64,000 nucleotides of DNA from Candidatus Latescibacterota bacterium (lineage in GTDB: Bacteria; Latescibacterota; UBA2968): assembly GCA_965222605.1 (NCBI GenBank), contig OZ244960.1, forward strand, positions 4,480,001 to 4,544,000, given 5' to 3'. The notes beneath the pieces are model-generated. The model ran no database searches. It was not told the origin of the DNA and worked only from the letters and a program-made list of their open reading frames with translations. Numbering within the stretch: position 1 is the stretch's first letter; each line of letters opens with the position of its first letter. The translations under genes were made by a program, and so were the position numbers. This document shows positions 27,101-36,400 of this stretch, piece by piece.

Positions 27101-28498
27101 ATGCGAACATTTTCAAAAGCCCTTATTCATCACCGATTCACCACATTGGTGGGAAAAACACTCGCGGTGCTCGGCTTCCTTGCGTGTGCTACAACTGCCG
27201 CGCATGCGGCGGTTGACGAGGAAACCCTGTTCGTCTTCAACACTTTTTCCTTTCTCGTTTGGGGCGCGTTGGTGATGTGGATGTGCGCGGGATTTACCAT
27301 GCTCGAGTCCGGCTCTGTGCGCACCAAGAATGCCTCCATGATTTGCCTGAAAAATATCGGCCTCTATTCCATTGCCGGGCTTGCCTACTATTTTATCGGC
27401 TATAATCTCATGTATGTCGATGTGGGGAATGTGATCGGGTCATTCAAATTCTTATATGGAGCGTCTGGCGATGAGCTTGCTCTGCTATCAGCGGAAAATG
27501 ACGCTGCAAAGGCGGCCGCAACGGCGGCAGTGATTAAGAACGGCTATTCCACCATGTCCGACTGGTTTTTCCAGATGGTCTTTGTGGCGACCACTGCTTC
27601 CATTGTTTCCGGAACCCTGGCCGAACGAGTCAAGATGTGGTCGTTCTTTGTTTTTATTTTCGTGCTGACAGCGATTATATATCCCATCGTCGGTGCGTGG
27701 ACATGGGGCGAGGGATGGCTAAGTGCGATGGGTTTCAAGGATTTTGCTGGATCGACCATCGTGCATAGCACTGGTGGCTGGGCGGCACTTGCTGGCGCGA
27801 TAGTCGTTGGACCGAGGCTCGGCAAATTCCGCAGCGATGGTACGATCAAATCTACTCCGCCCTCCAATATTCTTGTGGTGACGCTGGGCGTCTTTATTCT
27901 ATGGTTTGGCTGGTTCGGATTCAACGGTGGATCGCAACTGGCATTGGGAAGCGCGTTCGACGCAGTAGCCATGAGTCATGTACTGGTCAATACCAACCTG
28001 GCGGCCGCAGCCGGCGTTATGGCAGCCCTCTTATTTTCGCGGCCCATCCTGGGGCGTACAGATCTATTCGCTGGTTTGAATGGCGCGATCGCTGGCCTGG
28101 TCTCGATTACCGCGGGACCTGATATTGTTGATCACTACTGGGCGGTCATTATTGGTGCTATTGGCGCGGTTTTGTGTACCGCCGGAATCAGGTTCTTGGA
28201 GAAGGTCAAGCTGGATGATGTTGTCGGGGCGATACCGGCTCACTTGTTCGCCGGTATCTGGGGTACTGTGGCGGTCTGCATAGCCGGCGGCGGCAACTTA
28301 GGCGTGCAACTGATCGGCATCGTGGCAGTTGGCGCATTCGTGTTTGTGACTTCGTGGGTGTTGTGGCGCGCAATTGCGATGACGTTGGGCGTGCGTGTGT
28401 CGCGCCAGGTCGAACAATTGGGTCAGGATGTCGGGGAATTGGGAATTGATGCCTATCCCGAATTTGTGCTTATGCCAGAAGAAGATGATGAGGAATAA
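27101..28498 (+). CDS. amtB: Ammonium transporter
   Basis: GFTMLESG.VRTKN, FFQMVF, DFAGSTIVH, LWFGWFGFNGGS, NGAIAGLVSITA and DDVVGAIPAH; twin His retained. RBS GGAGGAG. Confidence 0.95.
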   Translation: MRTFSKALIHHRFTTLVGKTLAVLGFLACATTAAHAAVDEETLFVFNTFSFLVWGALVMWMCAGFTMLESGSVRTKNASMICLKNIGLYSIAGLAYYFIGYNLMYVDVGNVIGSFKFLYGASGDELALLSAENDAAKAAATAAVIKNGYSTMSDWFFQMVFVATTASIVSGTLAERVKMWSFFVFIFVLTAIIYPIVGAWTWGEGWLSAMGFKDFAGSTIVHSTGGWAALAGAIVVGPRLGKFRSDGTIKSTPPSNILVVTLGVFILWFGWFGFNGGSQLALGSAFDAVAMSHVLVNTNLAAAAGVMAALLFSRPILGRTDLFAGLNGAIAGLVSITAGPDIVDHYWAVIIGAIGAVLCTAGIRFLEKVKLDDVVGAIPAHLFAGIWGTVAVCIAGGGNLGVQLIGIVAVGAFVFVTSWVLWRAIAMTLGVRVSRQVEQLGQDVGELGIDAYPEFVLMPEEDDEE

Positions 28499-28504
28499 GC
28501 CTTA

Positions 28505-29446
28505 CTAAGTAGCAAGAATCTTCTGCATATCTTCTGGTGGATGTGCTTCAAACATCATTTCTTTTTTTGTCACGGGATGCACAAATGTCAATTGGGTTGC
28601 GTGGAGCATCTGCCGATTTGTTTGCGCGAGCAGATGGGTTGCCTCTCTCCGAAACAGGGGAGTAATCCCCTGTAGCCGCTCTTCACGTCCGCTGTATATC
28701 GGATCACCAAATACAGGGCGATTGAGATGCGCCAGATGCACTCTGATCTGGTGCGTACGACCTGTCTCCAGTGCGAGAGATAGCAAAGAGAGAAAGTCGT
28801 AACGCGCCTTTATTTTCCAGCGCGTTGCCGCAAATCTTCCATTCTGAGAAACAGCCATTCGTTTTCGATCTTTTGGATGCCTCCCAATAGGTGCTTCTAT
28901 ACGCCCTTCATCTGCTTCAAAGCCCCCCCATATCAGCGCGAGATAACGCCGCTCTATAGCTCTGGCCTCCAACTGGGTAGCCAATCCGCGGTGTCCTGCA
29001 TCACTTTTGGCGACGACCATCAGCCCCGATGTGTCTTTGTCCAGCCGATGTACAATACCCGGTCGCAAAACCCCATTGATACCCGACAAATGCGTACAAT
29101 GTGACAGGAGGGCATTGACGAGTGTTCCCGAGGTCACTCTCCCCGCTGGATGCACAATCATACCCGCAGGTTTGTCGAGTACCAGCACATGGTCATCTTC
29201 AAAAAAAATATCCAGAGGAATATCCTCTGGATTAATTGTACTGTCTATTGGAGGTGGTATATCTACTGTGATACTATCGTCAGCCACCACCCGATAGCTC
29301 GACCGCGTTGTCTTCCCGTTGATGCAAACAGCACCCTCGACAATCAGTTTTTGAAAGCGTGAACGCGAAAATTCGGGGCGTTGATCGGCCAAATAGCGGT
29401 CCAGACGCTGGCCTTCATGTTGGGGCAGAATTTTTAGATGAATCAC
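28505..29446 (-). CDS. rluD: RluA/RluD family pseudouridine synthase
   Basis: S4 domain RLDRYL, KPAGMIVHP, RPGIVHRLDKDTSGL and ETGRTHQIRVH. The GTG start is approximate. Confidence 0.9.
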   Translation of the reverse strand: MIHLKILPQHEGQRLDRYLADQRPEFSRSRFQKLIVEGAVCINGKTTRSSYRVVADDSITVDIPPPIDSTINPEDIPLDIFFEDDHVLVLDKPAGMIVHPAGRVTSGTLVNALLSHCTHLSGINGVLRPGIVHRLDKDTSGLMVVAKSDAGHRGLATQLEARAIERRYLALIWGGFEADEGRIEAPIGRHPKDRKRMAVSQNGRFAATRWKIKARYDFLSLLSLALETGRTHQIRVHLAHLNRPVFGDPIYSGREERLQGITPLFRREATHLLAQTNRQMLHATQLTFVHPVTKKEMMFEAHPPEDMQKILAT

Positions 29447-29912
29447 GGTTATACACCGTCTCACGGCGTTTAGATGTGATGCCAAAAGCAAAAATTAAGA
29501 GGGCGGTTCCCACACTGACGCAGGTATCCGCGAGGTTAAAAACCCACCACCGCGCAGTTCCAATGCCAAAATCGAGAAAATCAATTACGACACCAAATCG
29601 CACGCGGTCGATGATATTGCCAATTGCACCTCCCAGCACCAGAGTTAAACCAATGGCTGCGAGGCGGTCTTCGGGAGGGATACGCCACAGCAACCCACCA
29701 ACCACGAGAAGCGCCACACAAGCCAGTAACAGATGCAGGTATGGGTTGCCCAATCGGATGCCGAATACTGCACCTGGATTGTGAATGTAGGTCAGTCTAA
29801 AAAAAGACCCCAGCACCGGTACAGATTCACCTAAGTTCATGGTTTGCAACACCCACCATTTTGTGAGCTGATCCAGTAACAATGCCACACCTGTAATCCA
29901 CAAAAATTTCAC
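29415..29912 (-). CDS. lspA: Lipoprotein signal peptidase II
   Basis: LDQLTK, NPGAVFG, GGAIGNIIDR, VIDF and FNLAD. Confidence 0.93.
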   Translation of the reverse strand: MKFLWITGVALLLDQLTKWWVLQTMNLGESVPVLGSFFRLTYIHNPGAVFGIRLGNPYLHLLLACVALLVVGGLLWRIPPEDRLAAIGLTLVLGGAIGNIIDRVRFGVVIDFLDFGIGTARWWVFNLADTCVSVGTALLIFAFGITSKRRETVYNRDSSKNSAPT

Positions 29913-29919
29913 AAGCACC

Positions 29920-30291
29920 TCATGCCAATTTGTTTTGTTTTTCTTTACAGGGCACGCAAATTTCCGTGGTCGGCACAGCTTCCAGTCTTGCTCTGGGGAT
30001 GGGATGTTTACACTCTCGACACACGCCAAATTTGCGGTTTTTGATGCGCGCTAAAGCGGCTTCAATTTGATCCAAATAAGCACTGTCGCGCGCTGCAAAT
30101 AGAAAAGCCTTTTCGCGTTCCATGGTCGCATTGCCCAAATCGGGCATGTGATCTGAATACGTCAGGTCGCCCGACGATTCTGCCGAGGTGACCTTCATGG
30201 ACTGACTCTGCAAAGTACCCAGGTCTTTAACGATAGAAATGCGTTTGGTCTCTAAAAGATTTTCGAAATAATCCAGATCTTGTTGTGTCAT
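29920..30291 (-). CDS. TraR/DksA C4 zinc-finger protein
   Basis: ALARI, FGVCREC and RLEAVPTTEICVPCK. Confidence 0.9.
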   Translation of the reverse strand: MTQQDLDYFENLLETKRISIVKDLGTLQSQSMKVTSAESSGDLTYSDHMPDLGNATMEREKAFLFAARDSAYLDQIEAALARIKNRKFGVCRECKHPIPRARLEAVPTTEICVPCKEKQNKLA

Positions 30292-30292
30292 T

Positions 30293-30757
30293 TTATTCCT
30301 TTCTATCCGCAGCTTTCCGAATTTGACGCGCGTTTTCTTCGATTAGCGCGCGTTGTTCCGGCCAAAAAAAGGCAGGGAGTGGATCAAGCGGCACCCACGA
30401 CATACTTTCGTGATGTGTTGTGTCGGTTGGAATGGCCTCAATTTGCTCGGTCGAATACAAAAAATAATGTGTTATTTTCCATTCTGTTTTGTGAAAATCA
30501 AGCCGTTCTTTTATGCCGAGTTTTTCTATGAGTTGCAGTTTTGATATTCCCACTTCTTCTTCGATCTCTCGTCTGGCAGCACATTCGATTTCCTCGCCCG
30601 CTTCAACGTGTCCTTTGGGCAATACATAGTCGGTATGCCCTCTCTCGCGAGCCAGAGCCAGCAAGACCTGATTGCCATCCCGACGCACGACCACACCGCC
30701 TGCAGCATGACGTTCTCGCAACCCTTTGGGGCGTATGTACCAGCTATTGTCGATCAT
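30293..30757 (-). CDS. NUDIX hydrolase
   Basis: AAGGVV and Nudix box LPKGHVEAGEEIECAARREIEEEVG. Confidence 0.88.
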   Translation of the reverse strand: MIDNSWYIRPKGLRERHAAGGVVVRRDGNQVLLALARERGHTDYVLPKGHVEAGEEIECAARREIEEEVGISKLQLIEKLGIKERLDFHKTEWKITHYFLYSTEQIEAIPTDTTHHESMSWVPLDPLPAFFWPEQRALIEENARQIRKAADRKE

Positions 30758-30785
30758 AAAAGTTATCAGTGGCGCGCGTTTTTTA

Positions 30786-31661
30786 TTACTCCCAGTACTT
30801 ATTATATAAAAGACTGAGTCGTTCTTTTGCCGCGCTGGAAATTGCATCTGGCGATGTAATAATCGCAAATTGTGCTGCATTGAGACAATCGCAATCCGAT
30901 GTTCTGGGCAACAGCGCGGCCAATGAGCATACAATTTGATTTGCGTGCTCGGCATTGGTTTTTAACACAGCGACTACAGCTTCTACCGACACATCTTCTT
31001 CAGCTTCATGCCAGCAATCGCAATCGGTGCCCATAGCCAGCATCGCATAACACATTTCAGCCTCGCGTGCGAGCTTGGCTTCGGGCAAAGCCGTCATCCC
31101 GATCACGGTCGCATTGACTTCTCGGCGATAAAAATGAGACTCTGCACGCGTGGAGAACTGCGGCCCTTCCATACAAATATACGTTCCGCCATCGTGGGTG
31201 GTCACCCCGGAATTTTTTGCAGCGGCCAGCAGTAAGTCGCGCAATTCGCCGCAAAAAGGATCGGCAAAGGCGACATGTCCGGCAATGCCCGCACCAAAAA
31301 ATGTGCTTGTACGGATGCCGCGGGTGCGATCAAAAATTTGGTCGGGCACCACCATATCGCCCGGTTTTATGGTTTCCCGCATAATTCCCACAGCACTTAT
31401 CGCCAACAGATGCGTCACGCCCATCTGTTTCATGGCATATATATTGGCGCGATAGGGCACTTCAGAAGGCAACAGCACATGCCCGAGTCCATGACGGGGC
31501 AAAAAATATACCGCTTGGTCGCATATACGCGTTTCGACAACTGCATCTGAAGGCTCGCCAAAAGGTGTGGCAAGGCGATGTTCGGCTATAATTTCCACAC
31601 CTTCCATGTGATAAACACCCGATCCGCCCATAACACCCAGTCGAACAATCTGTTCAGGCAT
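30786..31661 (-). CDS. mtnP: S-methyl-5'-thioadenosine phosphorylase
   Basis: GGSG, TPFGEPS, LPRHG, YRANI, EGPQFSTRAES and GMTALPEAKLAREAE. Confidence 0.92.
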   Translation of the reverse strand: MPEQIVRLGVMGGSGVYHMEGVEIIAEHRLATPFGEPSDAVVETRICDQAVYFLPRHGLGHVLLPSEVPYRANIYAMKQMGVTHLLAISAVGIMRETIKPGDMVVPDQIFDRTRGIRTSTFFGAGIAGHVAFADPFCGELRDLLLAAAKNSGVTTHDGGTYICMEGPQFSTRAESHFYRREVNATVIGMTALPEAKLAREAEMCYAMLAMGTDCDCWHEAEEDVSVEAVVAVLKTNAEHANQIVCSLAALLPRTSDCDCLNAAQFAIITSPDAISSAAKERLSLLYNKYWE

Positions 31662-32175
31662 CTTCGTTATCCTGCTCTGTGGCGTCATATTCTTTCGGGA
31701 TATCCTCTTTTACCACATCGAAGGTGGTCGTCACTTCCAACTGGTCCAAAAAATCAGTCTGAACCTGTACCAGAGCCTTAAACTTGGACAAGAACATATT
31801 GCGTTGATTTTGTAAATCCACAAGCTCTGTGCGGATCTCGTGCACCTGCGTGCGCGCTTTTTCAATGGCCCGACTGCTGCGGATCTCTGCTTCTTTCACA
31901 ATCAGCCGCGCTTCTTTGTGCCCATTTTCCTTGACTTCTTCAGCCGTTTGTTGGGCAGTTCTGAGCATCTCCTGGAGGGTTTGCTCTATTGATTGATAGT
32001 GATGCACTTCTGATTGCAACATATTGAGATGTTCTTTTAGTTCGATATTTTCGCCGTTGAGATGTTCAACTTCTGTCGCCAGCATGTCGAGAAATGCCTG
32101 CACCTCCTCTTGATCATAACCGCGAAAAGACTTTTTAAAAATCTGCTTGCGAATATCCAGCGGTGTGATGTTCAC
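31654..32175 (-). CDS. DivIVA domain protein
   Basis: ITPLDIRKQIFKKSFRGYDQEEV followed by a coiled coil. Confidence 0.9.
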   Translation of the reverse strand: MNITPLDIRKQIFKKSFRGYDQEEVQAFLDMLATEVEHLNGENIELKEHLNMLQSEVHHYQSIEQTLQEMLRTAQQTAEEVKENGHKEARLIVKEAEIRSSRAIEKARTQVHEIRTELVDLQNQRNMFLSKFKALVQVQTDFLDQLEVTTTFDVVKEDIPKEYDATEQDNEDA

Positions 32176-32198
32176 AATTTCCCTCCCCCAAGGGCTAT

Positions 32199-32786
32199 TT
32201 ATAACTCAAATACACTTTGAATGGCACTCTGAACAATTTGCAGAAGCAAAATTAACAAAATAGGTGACAAATCGAACATGCCCAGTGGAGGAACGATTCG
32301 CCGAAAAGGCCCCATAATAGGCTCAGTCAAGCTGTAAAGCGTCCACATAAATCTGCCTCCGCGCACAAAGGGCAACCAGGAAAATACGATACGCGCGATA
32401 ATTAAAACCAGCAAGATCGCAACGGCCCCATAGAGCAGCCATCCGATGATATGCAGGATTTCGCCAGAAGAAATTCCGTGCAACAATCCAATGAGTGAAT
32501 ACAGCACATCGTTGGTTAACCATTTTAAAAAAAATGCCCCGATCAATGTCGCAATCACCAGGATCAACGGTGCCGCGGCGGCATTTCCGGGCATGTGTTG
32601 GGCAATGGGCCACACGAGCGGATCAGTTACGCGCCGAACATAATATGCAGACCAGCCAGAAGAATTTATACGCAATAAAACAGCGCGCAACAACAGCAAC
32701 GCCACCATGCCGATTACCAATGCAACAAGCACCCAGTCAATGGCTTGTTGGATTAAAATAATCGTCTGAGCAACCACATCAACCAT
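32199..32786 (-). CDS. YggT family membrane protein (two YGGT repeats)
   Basis: VTDPL and LTEPIMGPFRRIVPPLGMFDLSP. Confidence 0.88.
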   Translation of the reverse strand: MVDVVAQTIILIQQAIDWVLVALVIGMVALLLLRAVLLRINSSGWSAYYVRRVTDPLVWPIAQHMPGNAAAAPLILVIATLIGAFFLKWLTNDVLYSLIGLLHGISSGEILHIIGWLLYGAVAILLVLIIARIVFSWLPFVRGGRFMWTLYSLTEPIMGPFRRIVPPLGMFDLSPILLILLLQIVQSAIQSVFEL

Positions 32787-32789
32787 AGT

Positions 32790-33473
32790 CTATACCGCCC
32801 GCTGGCCAAAAATCGCCGTGCCCACGCGAACCATTGTCGCGCCTTCTTCAATCGCTACTTCAAAGTCGTTGGTCATCCCCATAGACAGGGCAGACACCTG
32901 AGGCTTATGAATTGCGATGCGGTCCCTGATTTGTCGCAACAGGACAAAATTTGGCCGCGCTGTTTCGGGGTCTGGTGCAAATGCGCCAATCGTCATCAGC
33001 CCTACCACCGAAATACCCGCTAAGTCATCAACCTGTCCGACGAAGTCTATTGCCGCGTTGGGCGATAGACCAAACTTCGATGTTTCGCCCGATGTATTCA
33101 CCTGTACCAATACATGAACTGGGGTATTTCTGCGCATGGCCCACCGGCTGATCTCTTTCGCCAGACGCAATGTGTCAACCGAATGAATCAGGTCGAATAA
33201 AGGCAATGCAATTTTGACTTTGTTGCGCTGTAAGTGCCCAACCAAATGCCAGGATACCGCGTCCGTTACTTCTGCGACCTTGTGCTGGGCCTCTTGCACG
33301 CGACTTTCACCTAAAATCCGTGTCCCCGCATCTACGACCTGTTGCACGATATCGGCAGGCCAGGTCTTTGTTACAACTATCAATTTAATCGCATCTGCAG
33401 ACCGCCCGGACCGATGGGCAGCCCTGGCAATGCGGTCTTGAACGCGTTTTAAGTTCTCAGCAATTGCCGACAT
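32790..33473 (-). CDS. yggS: PLP homeostasis protein, YggS family
   Basis: VVTKT, GESRVQE, WHLVGHLQRNK, GLMTI and LSMGMTNDFEVAIEEGATMVRVGTAIFG. Confidence 0.95.
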   Translation of the reverse strand: MSAIAENLKRVQDRIARAAHRSGRSADAIKLIVVTKTWPADIVQQVVDAGTRILGESRVQEAQHKVAEVTDAVSWHLVGHLQRNKVKIALPLFDLIHSVDTLRLAKEISRWAMRRNTPVHVLVQVNTSGETSKFGLSPNAAIDFVGQVDDLAGISVVGLMTIGAFAPDPETARPNFVLLRQIRDRIAIHKPQVSALSMGMTNDFEVAIEEGATMVRVGTAIFGQRAV

Positions 33474-33602
33474 AGGTTTCGATCTCAAAATTAAAATATA
33501 GATTTCATAATGTAGGTAAAAACCAGTGTAATGGCAACAAAAACGGCTTGGAATACTGAGGCGAATCGCGTGAGATTTTTAGCTTTGTAGGCTAAAAAAA
33601 CG

Positions 33603-33632
33603 TTGACTCCACACGGGAGATATATGTATTGT
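33603..33632 (+). promoter_or_regulatory. Putative sigma70 promoter
   Basis: TTGACT-18 bp-TATTGT, about 50 bp upstream of 33682. Confidence 0.4.
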
Positions 33633-33681
33633 ACAGGTGCTCTCATATCACGTCTTATCTTTTTAATCCGGAGCTATTCTT

Positions 33682-35604
33682 ATGCCGCGAAATGGTTATG
33701 GACACATGGTGCTGGATGACTATGTCGCGCGCGTGCGGGCTGTAAATGCCGACCGCGCAAAACGCCTATCGTCCATCCGCACAAAAAAAGAAGCTTTCGC
33801 ATACCAGGATACGGTGCGCGAGGCGATTGACAAAGCCTATCGCCCATGGCCGCGCAAAACACCTCTTTGTGCGCGCGTCGTGGGTACAATTGAACGCCAT
33901 CATTACCGCATTGAAAAAATTCTTTTTGAGAGCCGCCCGGGTTGTTTGGTCACCGCCCATCTCTATGTGCCCGACAAACTCGATGGGCCGGCACCCGGTA
34001 TTATTGGCTCCTGTGGTCATGCTGCCGAAGGCAAAAATGCACCGCTTTATCAGGCATTTTGTCAGCGTTTGGCGCGCAACGGCTTTGTCGTTTTGATCTA
34101 TGATCCCTTCAATCAGGGCGAGCGCGATCAATATTATGCCCTGCACAGCCGTGAAAGTGTGCGGTCATCAACACATGCCCACAATATGATGGGCAAACAA
34201 CTCGAACTCGTAGGCGAATGGTTTGGCGCGTGGCGTGCATGGGATGGCATCCGTGCACTCGACTATCTGCTCACTCGTCCCGAAGTCGATCCCGCGCACA
34301 TCGGGCTTACGGGCAACTCGGGCGGCGGCACTGTGACCAGTTGGATATGGCCAGTAGAAGAGCGTTTTACTATGGCTGCCCCCAGTTGTTTTGTCACCAC
34401 TTTTGCCGCCAATCTCGAAAATGAACTGCCCGCCGATTCGGAACAATATCCGCCGGGTGTGATTGGCGCGGGCCTGGATATGGCCGATTTTTTTATTGCT
34501 CGAGCACCTGCCCCTATTATTTTGCTCGGGCAAACCTATTGCTTTTTTGACCGACGCGGTCTCAAACAAGCCTATTCTGAAGTCCGTCGTTTCTACGATA
34601 TCATTGGCGCGCCAGCCAATGCGACTGATATTTTTATTGGGTCAGAAGGCCACGGCTTTTTCCGAGATAACCAGGAAGCTATGGTGCGATTTTTTGCAAC
34701 GCATGCCGGCATTCAGCAGGTTGCCCGTTTGGAAGAGACCGAAGACCTGGGCGATGTCTTAAATGCCACTCCAAAAGGTGAGGTTGTGCCCGAAGGTGCT
34801 ACTCCTATTTACGATCTCATTGCCCAAAAAGCAGATGTTCTTGCATCAAAACGCAAAAAGTTGAGCAAAGACGAACTCATCCGTTGCGTGCAAGGCGTGC
34901 TCAACTTGTCTGTCAACCGCGACCTGCCCCACCACCGCTGGTTGCGCAGCACGACCGAAGACGGCGTTCGCCTGGCGCGGTATGCAATTGAAACGGAGGG
35001 CAATATTCGCGCTATTATGCGGAAACGCCTGTCCAATCCGTCTTATGCGCATACGCTCGATGTCGAGCGCGAAGTCCACCTTTATTTGCCACATGTTTCT
35101 GCCGAAGTGGATCTGATCGAAGATCCTTTTGCGAAAAAACTCAAAGAACAGCATCCGATCTATGCACTCGATGTGCGCGGCCTGGGAGAATCGCTTGCCG
35201 ATGATGAACGCGAATTTTTTCATCCTTATGGCAATGACTATATGTGCAATGGTTATGGTCTGATGCTCGGTCAAAGTTTTCTCGGACGGCGGGTACAAGA
35301 TGTGTTATCCACACTCGATCTGCTGGCTTATGAAGGCGCGGAAAAAATCCATCTTTACGGTCGTGGGCAGGGTGCGATTCACGCGCTATTTGCCGGATTT
35401 CTCCATTCTGCAGTGACGACTATAACTCTGAAAAATTATCCGCTGTCCTATCACGCCTGGACACAAACGCCCCTGATCTGTTGGCCTGCAGCCAGTATCC
35501 CTCGGGGCGTTCTCACATCATTTGATCTGCCCGATTTGGTGGATGCCCTGGGCAAAAAACTCGAGCTTATACAGCCCTGGGGAGGCGATATGGGAGAAGG
35601 GTGA
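33682..35604 (+). CDS. Two-domain alpha/beta hydrolase (acetyl xylan esterase-like)
   Basis: FESRPG, CGH, DPFNQGER, WDGIRALDYL and nucleophile TGNSGGG. The second domain has DVRGLGES and a degenerate GRGQGA. Confidence 0.8.
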   Translation: MPRNGYGHMVLDDYVARVRAVNADRAKRLSSIRTKKEAFAYQDTVREAIDKAYRPWPRKTPLCARVVGTIERHHYRIEKILFESRPGCLVTAHLYVPDKLDGPAPGIIGSCGHAAEGKNAPLYQAFCQRLARNGFVVLIYDPFNQGERDQYYALHSRESVRSSTHAHNMMGKQLELVGEWFGAWRAWDGIRALDYLLTRPEVDPAHIGLTGNSGGGTVTSWIWPVEERFTMAAPSCFVTTFAANLENELPADSEQYPPGVIGAGLDMADFFIARAPAPIILLGQTYCFFDRRGLKQAYSEVRRFYDIIGAPANATDIFIGSEGHGFFRDNQEAMVRFFATHAGIQQVARLEETEDLGDVLNATPKGEVVPEGATPIYDLIAQKADVLASKRKKLSKDELIRCVQGVLNLSVNRDLPHHRWLRSTTEDGVRLARYAIETEGNIRAIMRKRLSNPSYAHTLDVEREVHLYLPHVSAEVDLIEDPFAKKLKEQHPIYALDVRGLGESLADDEREFFHPYGNDYMCNGYGLMLGQSFLGRRVQDVLSTLDLLAYEGAEKIHLYGRGQGAIHALFAGFLHSAVTTITLKNYPLSYHAWTQTPLICWPAASIPRGVLTSFDLPDLVDALGKKLELIQPWGGDMGEG

Positions 35605-35621
35605 AGTGAGAGGGCTGGGGT

Positions 35622-36374
35622 TTATCCTTCCAGTTGTTCGCGCAAATGGGTTTCCATTGCTACAAATTGGGGGTCGGCGCGCAAGGTGTTTTCTCGAGGA
35701 TGGGGAAAATTGACTCTCAGGTCTTCCGTAATTCTGCCGGGTCTGGCAGACATCACCACAACGCGGTCGGAGAGGAGCAATGCCTCAGAAATGCTGTGGG
35801 TAATAAATAAGACAGCAGCACCGGTCGCCTGCCAGATTCGCAGCAGTTCAATTTGCATCTTTTCCCGCGTCATTTCATCCAATGCCCCAAAAGGCTCGTC
35901 CATAAGCAAAACGGATGGTCGGAAGGTCAAGACTCTGGCTATGGCGACTCGCGATTGCATGCCACCGGATAGTTCGCGTGGATACGCATGCTCAAATCCA
36001 GCCAATCCGACAATGTCGATCATCTCAGAGACGCGGCTTAAAATTTCTGCGTCTCCAAAGACCTCTGCGGGTAGGCGTACATTTTCTTCTACCGTGCGCC
36101 AGTCGAGAAGCGAGGGATGTTGAAATACAAAGCCCACCAACCGTTCGCGTCGCGCGGCTTCGGGTATTTTCCCCAGTACGCGAACCGTGCCTTTCGTCGG
36201 TGTTTCCAGATCGCCGACAATCCGCATTAAGCTCGTTTTGCCACATCCCGAGGGACCGATCATACTGACAAATTCGCCCTGCGCTATCTGTAGCGAAATT
36301 TGTGCGAGTGCCTCTACGCGATTGCTGTCGGTTACGAAAACCTTGTGAATATCTCGCAGTTCAATGGCTAACAT
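35622..36374 (-). CDS. ABC transporter ATP-binding protein (NitT/TauT type)
   Basis: GPSGCGKT, LSGGMQ, LMDEPFGALD, ITHS and SARPGRI. Confidence 0.92.
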   Translation of the reverse strand: MLAIELRDIHKVFVTDSNRVEALAQISLQIAQGEFVSMIGPSGCGKTSLMRIVGDLETPTKGTVRVLGKIPEAARRERLVGFVFQHPSLLDWRTVEENVRLPAEVFGDAEILSRVSEMIDIVGLAGFEHAYPRELSGGMQSRVAIARVLTFRPSVLLMDEPFGALDEMTREKMQIELLRIWQATGAAVLFITHSISEALLLSDRVVVMSARPGRITEDLRVNFPHPRENTLRADPQFVAMETHLREQLEG

Positions 36375-36400
36375 TGGAACTCACTTTTCGCGTCTCATTT

